From a virus (taxonomy: Duplodnaviria > Caudoviricetes), in IMG/VR virus record IMGVR_UViG_3300020381_000027, positions 1 to 34,780 of that record: a stretch of 34,780 nt of DNA; one strand, written 5' to 3'. A program made the position numbers and the translations under genes. The notes below the pieces were generated by a model. The model saw nothing but the letters and a program-made list of their open reading frames with translations. It had not been told where the DNA came from and did not search any database. This document shows, in pieces, positions 26,021 through 34,617 of the stretch (position 1 is its first letter; every line of letters begins with the position of its first letter).

Positions 26021-26608
26021 ATGAGCGATAAACCACTAACAAAGCACCAACTCGAATATAACAAGGAAGCCATTAAACGTGAAATGCGACCTTTATTAGA
26101 CGAGGCGGAGCTTATGTTAAAATCTGTCGTTGCTGACTTAACAGAGGCGGCGGAGTTAAAACTTGCTAAAAAAATAAAGGCGGATGTTGTTATTTCTAAT
26201 CTTGACAAAGCAAAGCAAGATTTGGAAATTGCACAACGTAAAGCAAAAACATTTTTTGGCAAAGTATCAAGCAATAAAACAATGCAAGATAAGACAAGTT
26301 ATAAATTTAGTAAGAGTAAATATAGGAACTCTTATGATCTTGGTGATGATATAACTGCGGAGGACTGCCGCGAGCAACTACGTTCTTGGGCTGAAGCGCT
26401 GGCACAGAAGGAAGCCGAAAAAACCAAAGCGGGTAAACGTTTAAAACAACTTAAACTCTACCAGCAATCAGCGACTGATACGTTGTATAGTGTAGGCATT
26501 AATAAAAACCTTAAAGAAACAATGAGTAAAATATTAAGACCTATTGGTATTGTTTGGGATAAGACTGAAGCGTTACAAATTGAAAATAAACGGAGTAACT
26601 TACAATGA
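26021..26608 (+). CDS. Helical/coiled-coil hypothetical protein
   Basis: AAGGTGA RBS; 195 aa. Confidence 0.78.
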   Translation: MSDKPLTKHQLEYNKEAIKREMRPLLDEAELMLKSVVADLTEAAELKLAKKIKADVVISNLDKAKQDLEIAQRKAKTFFGKVSSNKTMQDKTSYKFSKSKYRNSYDLGDDITAEDCREQLRSWAEALAQKEAEKTKAGKRLKQLKLYQQSATDTLYSVGINKNLKETMSKILRPIGIVWDKTEALQIENKRSNLQ

Positions 26609-26844
26609 AAAATAAATTTGTAATAATTGAGATAACTCAATCAAAATTCGGGAAAGAAGAGAAAGACAGTTTTGGCGTCCCATATACCGTAAACAACGGT
26701 TTTGACAATTATGTAGATGCTAAAAAAAAGCTTGATGCATTAATTGAGTTAAAAGATAGTGATAACGAATATCAAAAAACTCAATATAAAATCCTTCAAA
26801 TTCCTTTTAATTCCGCGTTTGAAACCCCCAAAAAAACCGCGTAA
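26605..26844 (+). CDS. Hypothetical protein
   Basis: GGAG RBS; ATGA overlap. Confidence 0.72.
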   Translation: MKNKFVIIEITQSKFGKEEKDSFGVPYTVNNGFDNYVDAKKKLDALIELKDSDNEYQKTQYKILQIPFNSAFETPKKTA

Positions 26845-26890
26845 TTGACGTCGTAAAGGTTTCATCGTATAAGTAATTGTACGATGAAAC
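26845..26890 (+). promoter_or_regulatory. Promoter plus hairpin covering the start codon
   Basis: TTGACG-17-TATAAG; GTTTCATCGTA/TACGATGAAAC inverted repeat (26859-26890) includes ATG 26884. Confidence 0.65.
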
Positions 26891-27267
26891 TTGAGCGAAA
26901 ATTATACCAAAAATTTAAAAAAAATACCCCTTTAATACAGCACACACGCATTGAAACTTATATTAATTTGGGCGTCCCGGATATACTTTGTTATAATGAT
27001 TTATGCGGTTTTTTTATGGTTGAACTTAAATATACAACCACAAAAAAAGTAAGATTTTCACCTCATCAAATCTTATTCCATACTCAAAAATCTAAACGTA
27101 ATTTTCTGTTATTAGAACACGCCCCGCCCCGCCTTCCCTCAACCATAAAACTTTATGAGAGTAAATCTATTGAAGGTCTACTATTAGATCATAGAGAAGT
27201 TAAACCGTTAGCGGTTAACGATTGGTCTTTAATTCAAAAAATTTTAATTAATCAAAAAAATAATTAA
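26884..27267 (+). CDS. VRR-NUC/Holliday-junction-resolvase-like PD-(D/E)xK nuclease
   Basis: E...RIE...GVPD...VELK...SPHQ. Confidence 0.75.
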   Translation: MKLERKLYQKFKKNTPLIQHTRIETYINLGVPDILCYNDLCGFFMVELKYTTTKKVRFSPHQILFHTQKSKRNFLLLEHAPPRLPSTIKLYESKSIEGLLLDHREVKPLAVNDWSLIQKILINQKNN

Positions 27268-27366
27268 GCGCCCCGCGATCAACGACCCGCGCGCGACCGC
27301 CCGCGACTCGCGACCCGTTGCCCGTTGCACCCCCTACATATTGTGTCAATGTGACAAATTGTCGCA

Positions 27367-27452
27367 GCTCGTGACCTACGGGCCCACCCACCCTATAAAA
27401 TTTAAAAACCCAAAATGAACAGTTGCTCGTGGACTACGGGCCCACCCTCCCT
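27367..27452 (+). repeat. Two 28-bp direct repeats with GGGCCCACCC core; third copy at 28383-28406
   Basis: GCTCGTGACCTACGGGCCCACCCACCCT and GCTCGTGGACTACGGGCCCACCCTCCCT. Confidence 0.85.
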
Positions 27453-27469
27453 AAAAAAATAAAAAAAAA

Positions 27470-27492
27470 TAGTTTAGAATGATTCTAAACTA
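27470..27492. promoter_or_regulatory. Palindrome matching the Irr iron control element (ICE)
   Basis: TAG-TTTAGAA-TGA-TTCTAAA-CTA; exact TTTAGAA-N3-TTCTAAA. Confidence 0.65.
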
Positions 27493-27505
27493 GAATTGAG
27501 ACATT

Positions 27506-27539
27506 AAAAAACCACGTCCCGCTTTTAGCGGGACGTGGT
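27506..27539 (-). terminator. Rho-independent terminator of the leftward four-gene operon
   Basis: 13-bp stem ACCACGTCCCGCT/AGCGGGACGTGGT followed by a U-run on the - strand, 7 nt after the last stop. Confidence 0.82.
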
Positions 27540-27546
27540 ACGTTGG

Positions 27547-27702
27547 TTATTTATTACGCCACTTATTGTGTCTTTCATACCGATCGTGAAACGTTTTCTT
27601 TTCGTCCATCTTCACGGCTCGACATAAACAGAAACCCATTACCGCAAAACCTAACAACATAAGTTTCTGTTCTATTGGGAATGATAAGAATAGTTCTACC
27701 AT
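27547..27702 (-). CDS. 51-aa membrane peptide
   Basis: MVELFLSFPIEQKLMLLGFAVMGFCLCRAV...; AAGGGGG RBS. Confidence 0.62.
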   Translation of the reverse strand: MVELFLSFPIEQKLMLLGFAVMGFCLCRAVKMDEKKTFHDRYERHNKWRNK

Positions 27703-27866
27703 TTAACCCCCTTTGTTTGAGCGTCAACCCGCTGAATATTTCTTTTTTCTTCAGCGAGTCTTTCTCTTTCTTCCTGTCTTTCTTTCATTGCTTCGTTCTC
27801 TAATTTTGAGTCAATGATTTCGCCTTTTAAAAGTTTTTGCATATATAAATTAAATTTTACTCCCAT
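27696..27866 (-). CDS. 56-aa charged helical peptide
   Basis: MGVKFNLYMQKLLKGEIID...; GGGGAG RBS; TAATG coupling. Confidence 0.62.
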   Translation of the reverse strand: MGVKFNLYMQKLLKGEIIDSKLENEAMKERQEERERLAEEKRNIQRVDAQTKGVKW

Positions 27867-28039
27867 TATAAACGCTCCCCTTTTGTCTCTATTTTATACC
27901 CTAGCTTTTTGATTTCATCAATCACTGGTTGCTGTAGGGTTTTAAGCCCAGCGATCCGCGAAAAGCTTTTAGACTTTTCACATACGGGGTACACTCTTTG
28001 TACCCCGTAGATATTTTTTATTTGAACGATAAGTTTCAT
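27866..28039 (-). CDS. 57-aa hypothetical phage protein
   Basis: MKLIVQIKNIYGVQRVYPVCEKSKSFSRIAGLKTL...IKKLGY; coupled on both sides. Confidence 0.7.
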   Translation of the reverse strand: MKLIVQIKNIYGVQRVYPVCEKSKSFSRIAGLKTLQQPVIDEIKKLGYKIETKGERL

Positions 28040-28040
28040 T

Positions 28041-28226
28041 TTATATTAAGTTATCGTTGGCATAATCGCTCAATCTTTTACTTATACTTTTAAGATCAGC
28101 GTTTTTACCTTTTGTTAATAATGAAAACATATTTTTAAATGTTTCATCTTCCAACAACAAATTAAAATCTGCTGTTGTCATATCTTCAACCCTTGCTATG
28201 ATTGATCTTATTTCTACGTTTGTCAT
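28041..28226 (-). CDS. Hypothetical protein
   Basis: AGGA RBS before ATG 28226 (MTNVEIR). Confidence 0.68.
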   Translation of the reverse strand: MTNVEIRSIIARVEDMTTADFNLLLEDETFKNMFSLLTKGKNADLKSISKRLSDYANDNLI

Positions 28227-28288
28227 GTTTTGTTTCCTATTTTTATTTAACATTAGTAATACAATAGCAAGTTATAACTTGTAAGGGA

Positions 28289-28385
28289 TAGGACAGATTG
28301 TCGCACCACGAATCGGGAATCGAGGGGTCCCAAAAAGTTTGTCAATATGACATATTGTCGCACCCCCCTGCGTCCTTTTGTCGCA
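28289..28385. promoter_or_regulatory. Three TGCGACA-N3-TGTCGCA-like operator boxes (RegA/PrrA-like)
   Basis: TAGGACAgatTGTCGCA, TATGACAtatTGTCGCA and TGCGTCCtttTGTCGCA; further copies at 27350 and 25877. Confidence 0.55.
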
Positions 28386-28528
28386 CGTGACCGGCGGGCC
28401 CACCCTATACCCAAGTTTTAGACATTCACTTGCTAAAAATAGAAAATGGTAATAAGTTAAGGGGGTACCTCGAAAAATTGAAATTATGGTACGAAAACAG
28501 AAGTGAAAAAAATTCTGCAAAAATTTTT

Positions 28529-29995
28529 ATGAAACAAGATTTAATAGATAAACTCCCACCAGATGTGCGTAAAGAATTTATGAAGTACGCCATCAAGCTC
28601 TCTCAAAAGAAAAAAGAAAACAAAGTTAAAAATGATTTTCTAGCCTTTGTAAAACATGTATGGCCTGAATTTATTGAAGGCAAACATCATACAGAGATAG
28701 CAGAAAAATTTAATCGTTTAGCAAGTGGTGAGTGCAAACGATTAATTATCAATATGCCCCCTAGGCATACGAAGTCAGAGTTTGCGTCTTACCTCTTACC
28801 CTCTTGGATGGTAGGGCGTAAACCTGATTTAAAAATAATTCAGACAACTCACACTACAGAACTCGCGATCCGCTTTGGACGTAAAGCTAAAAATTTAATT
28901 GATACCCCCGAATATCAATCCGTTTTCAAAACAAGATTACGAGAGGATAGTCAAGCAGCTGGTAAATGGGAAACAGAACAAGGCGGTGAATATTATGCAG
29001 CGGGTGTTGGTTCAGCCATCACTGGTCGTGGTGCTGATTTGTTAATCATTGATGACCCACATTCTGAACAAGATGCGTTGAACGCGGTTGCTTTAGAAAG
29101 AGCTTATGAGTGGTATACATCAGGTCCACGTCAACGTCTTCAACCCGGTGGATCTATTGTTCTTGTCATGACAAGATGGAATACAAAAGATCTAACAGGT
29201 ATGTTATTAAAATCTCAAAAAGAAGTTAAATCAGATAAGTGGGAGATTATAGAGTTTCCAGCTATCTTACCATCAGGTAATCCTGTTTGGCCACAATATT
29301 GGAAACTAGAAGAACTAGAAGCTGTCAAAGCATCTTTAAGTTTAGCTAAATGGAATGCACAATGGATGCAAGATCCAACATCAGAAGAAGGATCAATCAT
29401 AAAACGGGAATGGTGGAAAGTGTGGCAGAAAGATTATATTCCAAAACTAGAACATATAATTCAATCTTACGATACAGCTTATCTTAAAAAAGAATCTGCT
29501 GATTATTCTGCTATTACGACCTGGGGCGTTTTTTATCCAGACGAGGACAGCGGACCGAATCTAATGTTATTAGATGCTTTTAAAGAACGACTAGAGTTTC
29601 CAGAACTACGAAGAGTTGCGTTAGATCAATATAAATATTGGAATCCTGATACCGTTATCATTGAGGGTAAAGCTTCTGGCATGCCTTTAACATATGAGTT
29701 GCGAAAGCTAGGTATTCCTGTTATAAATTACACTCCGAGTAAGGGGAACGATAAACACGCTAGAGTTAACTCTGTAGCGCCATTATTTGAGGCAGGACAA
29801 GTTTGGGCTCCTGATCATAAATTTGCAGAAGAGGTGATAGAAGAGTGTGCAGCTTTTCCTTATGGAGACAACGACGATTTAGTTGATAGCACAACACAAG
29901 CAGTGATGCGTTTTAGACAGGGAGGTTTCATTATGCATCCGGAGGATGAAAAAGATGGAAAAAATATTAGAACAACCCATCCAGAATATTATTAA
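28529..29995 (+). CDS. terL: Terminase large subunit
   Basis: Walker A PPRHTKS, Walker B LLIIDD, nuclease SYDTA...DDLVDS. Start placed at ATG 28529; the frame is open from 28430. Confidence 0.95.
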   Translation: MKQDLIDKLPPDVRKEFMKYAIKLSQKKKENKVKNDFLAFVKHVWPEFIEGKHHTEIAEKFNRLASGECKRLIINMPPRHTKSEFASYLLPSWMVGRKPDLKIIQTTHTTELAIRFGRKAKNLIDTPEYQSVFKTRLREDSQAAGKWETEQGGEYYAAGVGSAITGRGADLLIIDDPHSEQDALNAVALERAYEWYTSGPRQRLQPGGSIVLVMTRWNTKDLTGMLLKSQKEVKSDKWEIIEFPAILPSGNPVWPQYWKLEELEAVKASLSLAKWNAQWMQDPTSEEGSIIKREWWKVWQKDYIPKLEHIIQSYDTAYLKKESADYSAITTWGVFYPDEDSGPNLMLLDAFKERLEFPELRRVALDQYKYWNPDTVIIEGKASGMPLTYELRKLGIPVINYTPSKGNDKHARVNSVAPLFEAGQVWAPDHKFAEEVIEECAAFPYGDNDDLVDSTTQAVMRFRQGGFIMHPEDEKDGKNIRTTHPEYY

Positions 29996-29998
29996 TCT

Positions 29999-31639
29999 AT
30001 GCCATTAGCACCAGCATTACTTATTCCTTTTGCAGAAGCTGTCGGACTTTCTATTGCCGGTCTCGGTGCTATTGAGATTGGAAAAAAAGTTCAAGACTTT
30101 ATTGAGGACAATCCCGAAATAAGTATGGACATTTTAACAACACTTGTTCCAGGAAATATGGGACTTAATACTTTATTTAAAGATAAAGATGCACCCTCTA
30201 CAAAAGATATAGTTCTAGGAGAATTAGGAAAAGAAAAAGGTAACTATTCTGATCCTGACGCTGAAGGAGCTTATTCTAGCAAAAGAGGAAGAATTATTAA
30301 AGCATTAGAAAAAGCAGGGAAAATTAAAAAAGGTCCTGATAAAGATTATGATCCCAGTAAAAAATATAAAGACTATAAAAAATTTTATGAAAAAGCGGAC
30401 GGCGGTGCGATAGGCATTGAAGTTTTATTTGAAGAAAAGAAAGATGGTGGAAGAATAGGATTCGCTAACGGTGGAGATAATATAATTGGATCAACTATTG
30501 ATAAGTTTTTTTCTGGTCCAGCGATGGATACATATACAAAAGATTATATGGAATCTGTGAAAGCTCCAAGCACTTTTGATTATAATATAGCCTCAAATAA
30601 AGCTGCTGGACAATTTATTCAAGATAAAACTAAAGAATTATTAGGTGATAATCCAGTAAGCAATGTTGTAGGACAAGCTGCAACGTATGCAGGAGTTCCT
30701 TTATCTATTATGGCAAGTCCTTTTTATGAGACAGCTCAAATAATATCAGATAAAAGAATGGAACCTGGATCGGGAGTAAAAGGTTTTTATGATGCTTTTA
30801 TGGATGAAAGGCCATTTTCAACTGCTATAGAAAGAGGTGCAGGCGTTTTACAATCTACACCACTTGGAGAAGCTATTTATAATTTAGGAGGAAAAGCAGC
30901 AGATTTAGTTTCGGGAATTAGAAATACAAACATCGGAGATTTCTTTTTTGCACCTGCAGGTGCTGCAGATTTCCAAGGCGGTGAAATGCTTCAAACACCT
31001 ACAAGAACTAACGTTCAAGGTAGAGATTTAGAAGCGGATTTAGGTACTAGAATAAATCCTAATATACAACCACAACAAAATATATTTCAACGTGCTGGGG
31101 ATGTTGCACAAAAAGGTATAGGTTTTTTAAAAGATTCACCCGGTATGCTATTAAGTGCTGCGACTGGAATACCATTTGCAGGTTCAATATTAAGTGGTTT
31201 AGGTAACATGTTTGAATATAGAGGTGGTATGGGATATGTAGATGAAGATGGTGTTTTTAGAAGTGCTGATGAATTAGATAAATTAAATGCAAGAGGTGGT
31301 TATTACACTGATGCTGCAAGAGCTTCAAGAAATAGAGCTTCCAGAATACAAAATATGTTGGCAAGACAAGCAGCAGGAAAAAGAATTAGTGAACAAAATT
31401 TATTAGCTTTACAAGAACAACAAGCTAGAGAAGAAGCTGCAAGACAAGCAGCTTTTAATGAAATCATGAGTCAAGGAAATAACCAACAAGATTTTTATGA
31501 TAGTTTAAATCAAGGACAAGGATCCACAGCTGTTTCTGGAAACCCTAATACATCTGGAGCTGGTGATATGCCAGGATATTCTGGACCAACTACTTTTGCA
31601 AAAGGTGGAATAGCTACAATGTTTGTGGAGAAAAGATAA
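29999..31639 (+). CDS. Low-complexity putative virion protein with repeated xxGG motifs
   Basis: KADGG, KKDGGRIGFANGG and C-terminal FAKGGIATMF; lies between terL and portal. Confidence 0.6.
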   Translation: MPLAPALLIPFAEAVGLSIAGLGAIEIGKKVQDFIEDNPEISMDILTTLVPGNMGLNTLFKDKDAPSTKDIVLGELGKEKGNYSDPDAEGAYSSKRGRIIKALEKAGKIKKGPDKDYDPSKKYKDYKKFYEKADGGAIGIEVLFEEKKDGGRIGFANGGDNIIGSTIDKFFSGPAMDTYTKDYMESVKAPSTFDYNIASNKAAGQFIQDKTKELLGDNPVSNVVGQAATYAGVPLSIMASPFYETAQIISDKRMEPGSGVKGFYDAFMDERPFSTAIERGAGVLQSTPLGEAIYNLGGKAADLVSGIRNTNIGDFFFAPAGAADFQGGEMLQTPTRTNVQGRDLEADLGTRINPNIQPQQNIFQRAGDVAQKGIGFLKDSPGMLLSAATGIPFAGSILSGLGNMFEYRGGMGYVDEDGVFRSADELDKLNARGGYYTDAARASRNRASRIQNMLARQAAGKRISEQNLLALQEQQAREEAARQAAFNEIMSQGNNQQDFYDSLNQGQGSTAVSGNPNTSGAGDMPGYSGPTTFAKGGIATMFVEKR

Positions 31640-31866
31640 TGGATATTAAATACAACGATGTTATTGGAGCTTTTGTTAATACAGCAAATGATGAACCTGT
31701 GACGCAATCAGAACTATTAGCTTGGGCTGCAAAAAATCCAGAGCCAATTGATCCACCTAAAAAGTCAAACCCAGCTTTAATGAATGAAGTTATTGAAAGT
31801 TTGACAGTAAAAGAAACACCTGATACTACTGATGTAGGTGTTGAAACAATTACAGATAAAGGATAA
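31639..31866 (+). CDS. Small acidic hypothetical protein
   Basis: GGAG RBS; TAATG coupling. Confidence 0.7.
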   Translation: MDIKYNDVIGAFVNTANDEPVTQSELLAWAAKNPEPIDPPKKSNPALMNEVIESLTVKETPDTTDVGVETITDKG

Positions 31867-31869
31867 AAT
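31841..31869 (+). promoter_or_regulatory. Promoter giving a leaderless portal mRNA
   Basis: TTGAAA-17-TAAAAT, then 5 nt to ATG 31875. Confidence 0.55.
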
Positions 31870-31874
31870 ATCTC

Positions 31875-34388
31875 ATGGCTACGATAGATAAATCTTTACC
31901 CAATCAAAAAACAACTGTAGAAATTCCAGGAGAAGCGGAGATCGAAGAAGCAGTAAAAGAGAAAGTTGAAGAAGTACAAACTAAAGGCGGACCTGTCGAA
32001 ATAGAAATGACAGAAGAAGGTGGAGCTGAAGTTTCTTTTGACCCTAGTGTTGCTTCACCAGAAGGAACTCAAGATCATTTTGAAAACCTAGCAGAATTTT
32101 TAGGTGATGGTGTTTTAGATTCATTAGGATCAAAACTTTACGATCAATACACAGATTACAAAGAATCAAGAGGAGACTGGGAACAGTCTTACAGAGAAGG
32201 TTTAGAATTATTAGGTTTCAAATACGAAAGAAGAACAGAACCATTTAGAGGCGCATCAGGTGTTAACCACCCTGTTCTTGCTGAAGCGGTTACACAATTT
32301 CAAGCACAAGCTTACAAAGAATTATTACCTGCTGATGGTCCTGTGCGTGCACAAATTTTAGGAGATGTTACAACTCAAAAACAAGATCAATCCAATAGAG
32401 TTAAAGATTTTATGAATTATCAAATTATGGATCAGATGAAAGAATATGAACCAGAGTTTGATCAAATGTTATTTTACCTTCCCCTGTCCGGCTCTACTTT
32501 CAAGAAAGTTTATTATGACGATCTCTTGGGTAGAGCCGTTTCTAAATTTGTCCCTGCGGATGATTTAATTGTTCCATACTCTGCAAACTCTCTAGAAGAT
32601 GCAGAAGCTATTGTTCATGTTGTAAAAATTTCTGAAAACGATTTACGTAAACAACAAGTTGCAGGTTTTTATAGAGATATAAATTTAGGCACACCACCTG
32701 TTACTGAAAATCAATTAGAAGATAAAAAATTACAATTAGAAGGTATTTCTAAAGATGGACAAGAGGATCAATATACTTTGTTAGAAATACACACTAATTT
32801 AGATTTAGATAATTATGAAGATCTAGATGAGAGTGGTGAACCAACAGGAATTAAACTTCCATACATTGTAACGATTGCACAATCAAATAATAAAATTTTA
32901 TCTATTAGAAGAAACTATCAACCAACAGATCCATTAAAGAAAAAAATTCAATACTTTGTACAATTTAAATTTTTACCTGGTACAGGTTTTTATGGCTTTG
33001 GTTTAATTCACATGATTGGTGGTTTAACAAGAACTGCAACTGCAGCATTAAGACAATTATTAGATGCAGGTACTTTAGCAAACTTACCGGCTGGATTTAA
33101 ATCTAGAGGTATAAGAGTTAGAGATGATGCACAACCATTACAACCTGGAGAGTTTAGAGATGTAGATGCTCCTGGTGGTAATATTAAAGATCAGTTTATG
33201 CCTTTACCGTTTAAAGGACCAGATCAAACTTTATTAGCTTTGATGGGTGTTGTGGTACAAGCAGGCCAACGATTCGCGTCTATCGCTGATATGCAAGTGG
33301 GCGATATGAACCAATCAGCAGCCGTAGGTACTACAGTGGCGTTATTGGAACGTGGATCGCGGGTAATGTCAGCTATACATAAAAGATTATACGTAGGTCT
33401 TAAACAAGAATTTAAATTATTAGCAAGCGTTTTTAAAACTTATCTACCACCAATATATCCTTACGATGTACCTGGTGCTAGACGAGAAGTTAAAGTTCAA
33501 GATTTTGATGACAGAATAGATATTTTACCTGTGGCTGATCCAAATATATTTTCACAGACACAAAGAATATCTATGGCTCAAACACAGTTACAACTAGCGC
33601 AATCAAATCCTCGTATACATAATTTATATCAAGCATATAGATCAATGTATGATGCGCTGGGAGTAAAAAATGTAAATGCAATTTTACCACCACCTGCAGC
33701 ACCTCAACCATTAGACCCAAGTTTAGAACATATACTTGCAATGAGTGGAAAACCTTTTCAAGCTTTCCCAGGACAAGATCATAAAGCACACATTGATGCT
33801 CATTTAAATTTTATGAGATTAAATCAAGTGCAAAATAATCCAATGGCAATGAATGGATTACAAAAAAATATTTTAGAACACATTTCTTTAATGGCGCAAG
33901 AGCAAGTTCAACTAGAATTTGTACAAGAAGTACAAGAACTACAACAATTGACACAACAAATAGGTCCAATGATGCAAAATCCACAAGCTATGATGCAAAA
34001 TCCTATGATGATGCAAGCACAACAACGTATTCAACAAATTACAAGTCTAATAGAATCTAGAAAAGCTAAATTAATTGCAGAATTAACAGAAGATTATGCA
34101 AAAGAAGAAGAAAAGATTATGGGTGAATATGGTGGAGACCCATTATTAAGACTTAAAGGTAGAGAACTAGACCTTCGAGCACAAGAAAACCAAAGAAAAG
34201 AAGAAGAAGGCCAAGAAAGATTGGATCTTGATAAGATGAAAGCAATGATGAACAAAGAAATTCAAGAAGATAAGCTAGAACAGAACGAACAACTAGCTGG
34301 TTTACGTGCTGGAGTCTCATTAGCAAAGCAACAAATGTCTGATGCAAGCAAAATTCATGATTTTGGTAGAAACTTTGGAAAAAAATAG
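31875..34388 (+). CDS. Portal protein
   Basis: 837 aa after terL; FYLPLSGSTFKKVY and GFYGFGL segments; Gln/Met-rich C-terminal coiled coil typical of P22-like long portals. Confidence 0.88.
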   Translation: MATIDKSLPNQKTTVEIPGEAEIEEAVKEKVEEVQTKGGPVEIEMTEEGGAEVSFDPSVASPEGTQDHFENLAEFLGDGVLDSLGSKLYDQYTDYKESRGDWEQSYREGLELLGFKYERRTEPFRGASGVNHPVLAEAVTQFQAQAYKELLPADGPVRAQILGDVTTQKQDQSNRVKDFMNYQIMDQMKEYEPEFDQMLFYLPLSGSTFKKVYYDDLLGRAVSKFVPADDLIVPYSANSLEDAEAIVHVVKISENDLRKQQVAGFYRDINLGTPPVTENQLEDKKLQLEGISKDGQEDQYTLLEIHTNLDLDNYEDLDESGEPTGIKLPYIVTIAQSNNKILSIRRNYQPTDPLKKKIQYFVQFKFLPGTGFYGFGLIHMIGGLTRTATAALRQLLDAGTLANLPAGFKSRGIRVRDDAQPLQPGEFRDVDAPGGNIKDQFMPLPFKGPDQTLLALMGVVVQAGQRFASIADMQVGDMNQSAAVGTTVALLERGSRVMSAIHKRLYVGLKQEFKLLASVFKTYLPPIYPYDVPGARREVKVQDFDDRIDILPVADPNIFSQTQRISMAQTQLQLAQSNPRIHNLYQAYRSMYDALGVKNVNAILPPPAAPQPLDPSLEHILAMSGKPFQAFPGQDHKAHIDAHLNFMRLNQVQNNPMAMNGLQKNILEHISLMAQEQVQLEFVQEVQELQQLTQQIGPMMQNPQAMMQNPMMMQAQQRIQQITSLIESRKAKLIAELTEDYAKEEEKIMGEYGGDPLLRLKGRELDLRAQENQRKEEEGQERLDLDKMKAMMNKEIQEDKLEQNEQLAGLRAGVSLAKQQMSDASKIHDFGRNFGKK

Positions 34389-34415
34389 TTATAATCAAAC
34401 AATAAGGAGACAAAT

Positions 34416-34616
34416 ATGACTAAAGATTATTTAAGAGGTCAAGGTTACGTCAAAGCACCTAAAATTGAAAAAGAATTAGGTGTTGGTAAAGACGGAATGC
34501 AACAAGGTGGTATACCTGTTGAGATGACTGACCCTGATAAATCTCAAGTGGTTGATGTCAAAGGTACAAGACGTATGAGACCTGACAAAAAACCAGTTAA
34601 AGCTACTTGGTACTAA
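34416..34616 (+). CDS. Small hypothetical (head-region) protein
   Basis: AAGGAG RBS; 66 aa. Confidence 0.72.
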   Translation: MTKDYLRGQGYVKAPKIEKELGVGKDGMQQGGIPVEMTDPDKSQVVDVKGTRRMRPDKKPVKATWY

Positions 34617-34617
34617 T

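Noticed and set aside
27983-28009. 11-bp perfect inverted repeat inside the 57-aa ORF
   Set aside because: Largely explained by YGV/YPV codons being mutually complementary; no independent support.
28272-28528. 82-aa minus ORF and the TTG-started N-terminal extension of terL
   Set aside because: Both run through operator and repeat sequence; the repeated GATIC peptide just mirrors the DNA boxes; no RBS.
33960-34020. ATGATGCAAAATCC repeats in the portal gene
   Set aside because: Encodes a low-complexity MMQNP linker; ordinary coding repeat.
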